From IMG/VR virus record IMGVR_UViG_3300010352_001202: a stretch of 64,000 nucleotides of DNA. One strand, 5' to 3'. The first letter of the stretch is position 1; each line of letters starts with the position of its first letter. This document shows positions 60,975 to 64,000 of this stretch, one piece after another. Both the position numbers and the translations under genes were made by a program. The DNA comes from a virus. Taxonomy: Duplodnaviria; Caudoviricetes. The notes below the pieces were generated by a model. That model was not told where the DNA came from. It was given only the letters and a program-made list of their open reading frames with translations, and searched no databases.

Positions 60975-62109
60975 TATTGCAAGAAATATCTATTTAGCCT
61001 GGAACACAACAAACCAAAAATTTGAATTACCTGAGGTAGAAGTAATACCAATCGGAGACTCGGCAAACGAGAAGCGGAAAGGTGCCTCTGCGACAAAGAA
61101 GTATGTAAATCTGCGTGAATTTGAAAATCGACCATTGCCCGGATTCGCACTACATAAGACCGATCGTAAAAATTGGGGATCAATCGATCAAACTTGGCTG
61201 GTCATTGATCCCCGCGGATTCCTAGTTAGAATCACAAACGATAATCTAGAACAGATCTTACATGTAACAGGAATTACAGAAGGGCTGATTCAAGAAAAGT
61301 GTATCTGGGCACGCAAAGATACACAGACAAAGACGATGTTGATTCCCGTAAGTTCTGCAAAATATGCAGAAGCAGTTTCGAATACAGAATTACTCGAAGG
61401 CAAGGTAAACATCAAGGATGTGCAAATCGGCGATGAAGTATTATTACAGAATCAGCTAAAAGGCACATACATGGGTGTTGTATCTCTATATGGCCCAATG
61501 AATGATTATTCTACAACATGCGTATATAAGCCGCAGGTCTATCTAAGGCGCCAGGTTGTTAAGATTTCCCCGGGAAAATATCACTATCAAACCGATGTGA
61601 AAATCCTAAAGGTTCTTAAGAAGGCAGCAACACCGCTAACACGGGAAGACTCAGTTGAAGAAATGAGTAAAGATATTGCCGGCGGCGCCGCGTACTTTAC
61701 CAGCAGTTCAAATATGAACGGTCGATATTATTCTATTCGCGGAGTTATATCTGCTGTATCGACCAACGCTGTTCCTAAGGTGTCAATGACATTTGAAGAA
61801 GTAGATAAAGTTGAAGCAGAAGCATTGTTTAATCTAGGAACGGTAAATAGCGACATTGGAAGACTATTATTAGTTGACAAGAGTGATAATAAATTCTTAG
61901 TTGATTATCCGTATTCGTTTAACAGCACGAAGACAACTTCAATACATGGCTTTGATGTATCGAGACTAACTCCGTGTACATTAGACAAGACTGAAATGAT
62001 TAAGCTAGATTATAAGCGACAAGCTTATTTTCCAGGTGTTCAGACACTTGACAATTTTGCGAAATTCTATAAAATAGTCAAACATGTAAAGGACAAGTCC
62101 TACATTTGA
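60967..62109 (+). CDS. hypothetical protein
   Basis: FEN.PLPGF, W.VIDPRGF.V.IT..NL, G.IQEKCIW. Confidence 0.75.
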   Translation: MLNIARNIYLAWNTTNQKFELPEVEVIPIGDSANEKRKGASATKKYVNLREFENRPLPGFALHKTDRKNWGSIDQTWLVIDPRGFLVRITNDNLEQILHVTGITEGLIQEKCIWARKDTQTKTMLIPVSSAKYAEAVSNTELLEGKVNIKDVQIGDEVLLQNQLKGTYMGVVSLYGPMNDYSTTCVYKPQVYLRRQVVKISPGKYHYQTDVKILKVLKKAATPLTREDSVEEMSKDIAGGAAYFTSSSNMNGRYYSIRGVISAVSTNAVPKVSMTFEEVDKVEAEALFNLGTVNSDIGRLLLVDKSDNKFLVDYPYSFNSTKTTSIHGFDVSRLTPCTLDKTEMIKLDYKRQAYFPGVQTLDNFAKFYKIVKHVKDKSYI

Positions 62110-62121
62110 CTAAGGATAGAA

Positions 62122-62532
62122 ATGACAAAAAATATCGATCTAAAAAAGTATGCACAATTTGTTGATGGCGTAACAGCCCAGCCAAGCAAGGAACTTCAGG
62201 CTCTTATTAGCCGAATGCAAGAGCTAGAAGCACAGGGCGCTAATGTTCCCCGCTTGCTTACAGCAGGCATTGGAATGCCTGGCGAATCTGGAGAGTTCAG
62301 CGAATTGGTAAAGAAGATTGTATTCCATGGTAAGGCATACGACGAAGAAAATATTACCAAACTGAAGAAGGAATTAGGCGATGTCGCTTGGTATTGGACT
62401 CAAGCTTGTCTTGCTCTTGATATCGACCCTAACAGTATTATTGCTGAAAATGTGGCTAAGTTAGAGGCACGCTACCCGGGTGGTAAGTTTTCTGTGTGGC
62501 ATGCAGAAAACAGGCAAGAGGGTGATGTCTGA
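62122..62532 (+). CDS. MazG-like nucleotide pyrophosphohydrolase
   Basis: GESGEFSELVKK...KKELGDVAWY...NVAKLEARYP. Confidence 0.88.
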   Translation: MTKNIDLKKYAQFVDGVTAQPSKELQALISRMQELEAQGANVPRLLTAGIGMPGESGEFSELVKKIVFHGKAYDEENITKLKKELGDVAWYWTQACLALDIDPNSIIAENVAKLEARYPGGKFSVWHAENRQEGDV

Positions 62533-63052
62533 TTTTAGAAAAATAATGTTGCCCATGATTCGGAGAATACTTCCGAGTCTTGTGGCACAGGAAATTATGA
62601 GCGTTCAGCCCATGACCGCATCAACAGGGAAACTATTTAAAATGGGATTAGGGCCGCCAGTTTGTACCTTATGCATGATTATAGGTACTCTTAACAATGA
62701 AGATAAGGGGCACCCCTGGCGTTGCCACAACTGTGGTGATTTTAAATTACCGGGGCACTTGTGGTCGTATACTGAAGATTTGCAACAATATATCCAGAAT
62801 AGAACTACATTGTATAAGGGTAGAAAAATTATGGAATCTAAAAAACTTCTACCTCATTCAGTAATAAAATCCTTCATGTTTGTTGGCAGCAATTTAGAGC
62901 CTAACGAACGGTATAGAGCATGGCTAGAAGAACATATTGGAAAACAAGGCGAAGCGTGGAACTGGGACATAAAATCAGTAACTGCTAACTTACTTGAAGT
63001 TTCTTTTGAACAGGAAGAGGATGCAGTCCTCTTCAGATTATCATGTCAGTAA
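62525..63052 (+). CDS. fusion: gp23 Gol-like peptide + Zn ribbon + 'F..EED' domain
   Basis: MIRRILPSLVAQEIMSVQPMTASTG; CTLC...CHNC; WLEEHIG...FEQEEDAVLFRL. Confidence 0.75.
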   Translation: MSDFRKIMLPMIRRILPSLVAQEIMSVQPMTASTGKLFKMGLGPPVCTLCMIIGTLNNEDKGHPWRCHNCGDFKLPGHLWSYTEDLQQYIQNRTTLYKGRKIMESKKLLPHSVIKSFMFVGSNLEPNERYRAWLEEHIGKQGEAWNWDIKSVTANLLEVSFEQEEDAVLFRLSCQ

Positions 63053-63077
63053 CAAAAGCATATGTTGATGCAATGGA

Positions 63078-63320
63078 ATGGTTATGGGTGTAAACTTCTT
63101 AGGATCTAAACCTCTCCATCCTCAATTAGGCGATGTCTATGTAGATCAAAATACCTACCGTAGTTATATATGGGAAGGCAATCAATGGGTGGCTTTTTCA
63201 ACTGCCGAACCTGCTCAAGCACTTATTCCTACGGAAGAAGAACTTAATAAGCATCCTGCACTGAAACAGGCGTGGGAAGAATATATGGTTATTAAAAGGT
63301 TAATAGGCAGTGGAAAATAA
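63078..63320 (+). CDS. hypothetical protein
   Basis: GDVYVD...YIWEG.QW; HPALKQAWEEY. Confidence 0.65.
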   Translation: MVMGVNFLGSKPLHPQLGDVYVDQNTYRSYIWEGNQWVAFSTAEPAQALIPTEEELNKHPALKQAWEEYMVIKRLIGSGK

Positions 63321-63489
63321 TAAATAGGAAAAAGTCGAAGGCTGGTTTCTAATACCTTCGAAGGAAGAACAAACACTCTTGATTCTGCAAGGTAAATGCC
63401 CGCATAATAAAGCATGGTACGAGGACGGGCATTCGCATAACTCCACTGCCTATAAATGTAGTATGTGTCGTGAGATTAAATTCTGGTAA
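63310..63489 (+). pseudogene. small Zn-finger ORF interrupted by an in-frame TAG at codon 6
   Basis: GTG GAA AAT AAT AAA TAG GAA AAA GTC...CPH...HSH...CSMC...FW TAA; fills the gap between neighbours exactly. Confidence 0.4.
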
Positions 63490-63779
63490 TGGAATTCAAA
63501 ACAATAGTTCAGCATTGGAGATATGAAGACGGTTGGAGGGAAATTCCAACCATTCTTCGCGACAAATACGACGGGCGGGAAAAAGAATTTGATGAAGCTT
63601 TAGTAGGATGGCATTGCTGGGTCTATCCAGCAAATGATAAAGATTTTGCTCGCTGGATGAAAAAGAATATGAAAGGGAAGTACGAATGTGACTTCCGATT
63701 TAACTCGGGAGACCCAATGTTCACCGTCCTAATAAAAGATGATCAAGACGCTACCTTATTTAAATTAACCTGGATGTAA
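63489..63779 (+). CDS. small hypothetical protein, 'F..EED' family member
   Basis: WMKKNM...IKDDQDATLFKLTW. Confidence 0.75.
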   Translation: MEFKTIVQHWRYEDGWREIPTILRDKYDGREKEFDEALVGWHCWVYPANDKDFARWMKKNMKGKYECDFRFNSGDPMFTVLIKDDQDATLFKLTWM

Positions 63780-63780
63780 T

Positions 63781-64000
63781 ATGAAAGAGCTAATTAGAAG
63801 ACTTATTAATTGGGCGCACAGTGGCGGCCAGGATGTAATTATCGGAGAACCCGTTCGTGGAAACTATAATCACACGAAAGTAAGAGAGAGTGTGGACATT
63901 GAAGATAACAGGTCTCTGAACTTCCGTGTATATAATGCATCGGGTGGAAAAATTGTACAGATGAGTTCGTACGATGCACGCACTGATAGGATGACTAATA
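63781..64000 (+). CDS. hypothetical protein (partial, runs off window end)
   Basis: MKELIRRLINWA...LNFRVYNASGGKIVQ... open to the end of the window. Confidence 0.65.
   Translation, partial: MKELIRRLINWAHSGGQDVIIGEPVRGNYNHTKVRESVDIEDNRSLNFRVYNASGGKIVQMSSYDARTDRMTN

Noticed and set aside
62525-63052. Calling this ORF the major capsid protein
   Set aside because: Only about 35 aa resemble gp23; the rest is unrelated, it is far too short, and it has no dedicated late box or strong RBS.
1-64000. Genome-wide stop-codon reassignment (TAG readthrough)
   Set aside because: Conserved genes are intact under the standard code and several end sensibly at TAG (1183, 5972, 14061, 44616); only one interrupted small ORF was seen.
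1-64000. CRISPR array, rRNA, integrase or IS element
   Set aside because: No regularly spaced repeats, rRNA-like sequence or transposase/integrase motifs noticed; the only exact repeat found (43088-43166) is intragenic.

Overview
This is a 64-kb, gene-dense, mostly + strand segment of a large T4-superfamily-like (jumbo-type) bacteriophage genome. The host is probably proteobacterial, with weak hints of Betaproteobacteria/Burkholderiales. Recognisable modules: (1) replication and nucleotide metabolism (a miniaturised DnaE-like polymerase core, primase, DnaB/gp41-like helicase, PD-(D/E)XK and DEDDh nucleases, ATP-dependent DNA ligase, class II RNR, ThyA, MazG-like); (2) a block of probable virion and head-internal proteins driven by a T4-like late box, (G/C)ATAAATA; (3) NAD+ salvage (NadM-Nudix plus NadV); (4) a complete prkA(yeaG)-yeaH-spoVR operon; (5) folE and queD; (6) proteostasis and translation genes (clpX, clpP, clpS, hsp20 with a ROSE-like leader, tail-anchored metacaspase, bS21, SufD-like, IscA-like); (7) RNA-repair-type enzymes; (8) two GIY-YIG homing endonucleases. 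The most unusual observations are: free-standing fragments of the T4-type major capsid protein, including an ungapped Gol-peptide homolog, attached to a dispersed family of small 'F-x-x-E-E-D-A-x-x-F-K-L' proteins (a possible capsid-decoy or EF-Tu-targeting system); a separately promoted tRNA-Ile-like RNA with a 66-nt structured D-loop; a probably virion-packaged ligase-like plus nucleotidyltransferase pair; a 195-aa minimal C-family polymerase; and a recurring design in which promoters sit inside RBS-occluding hairpins or give leaderless mRNAs. All assignments come from motif recognition by eye. No searches were run.
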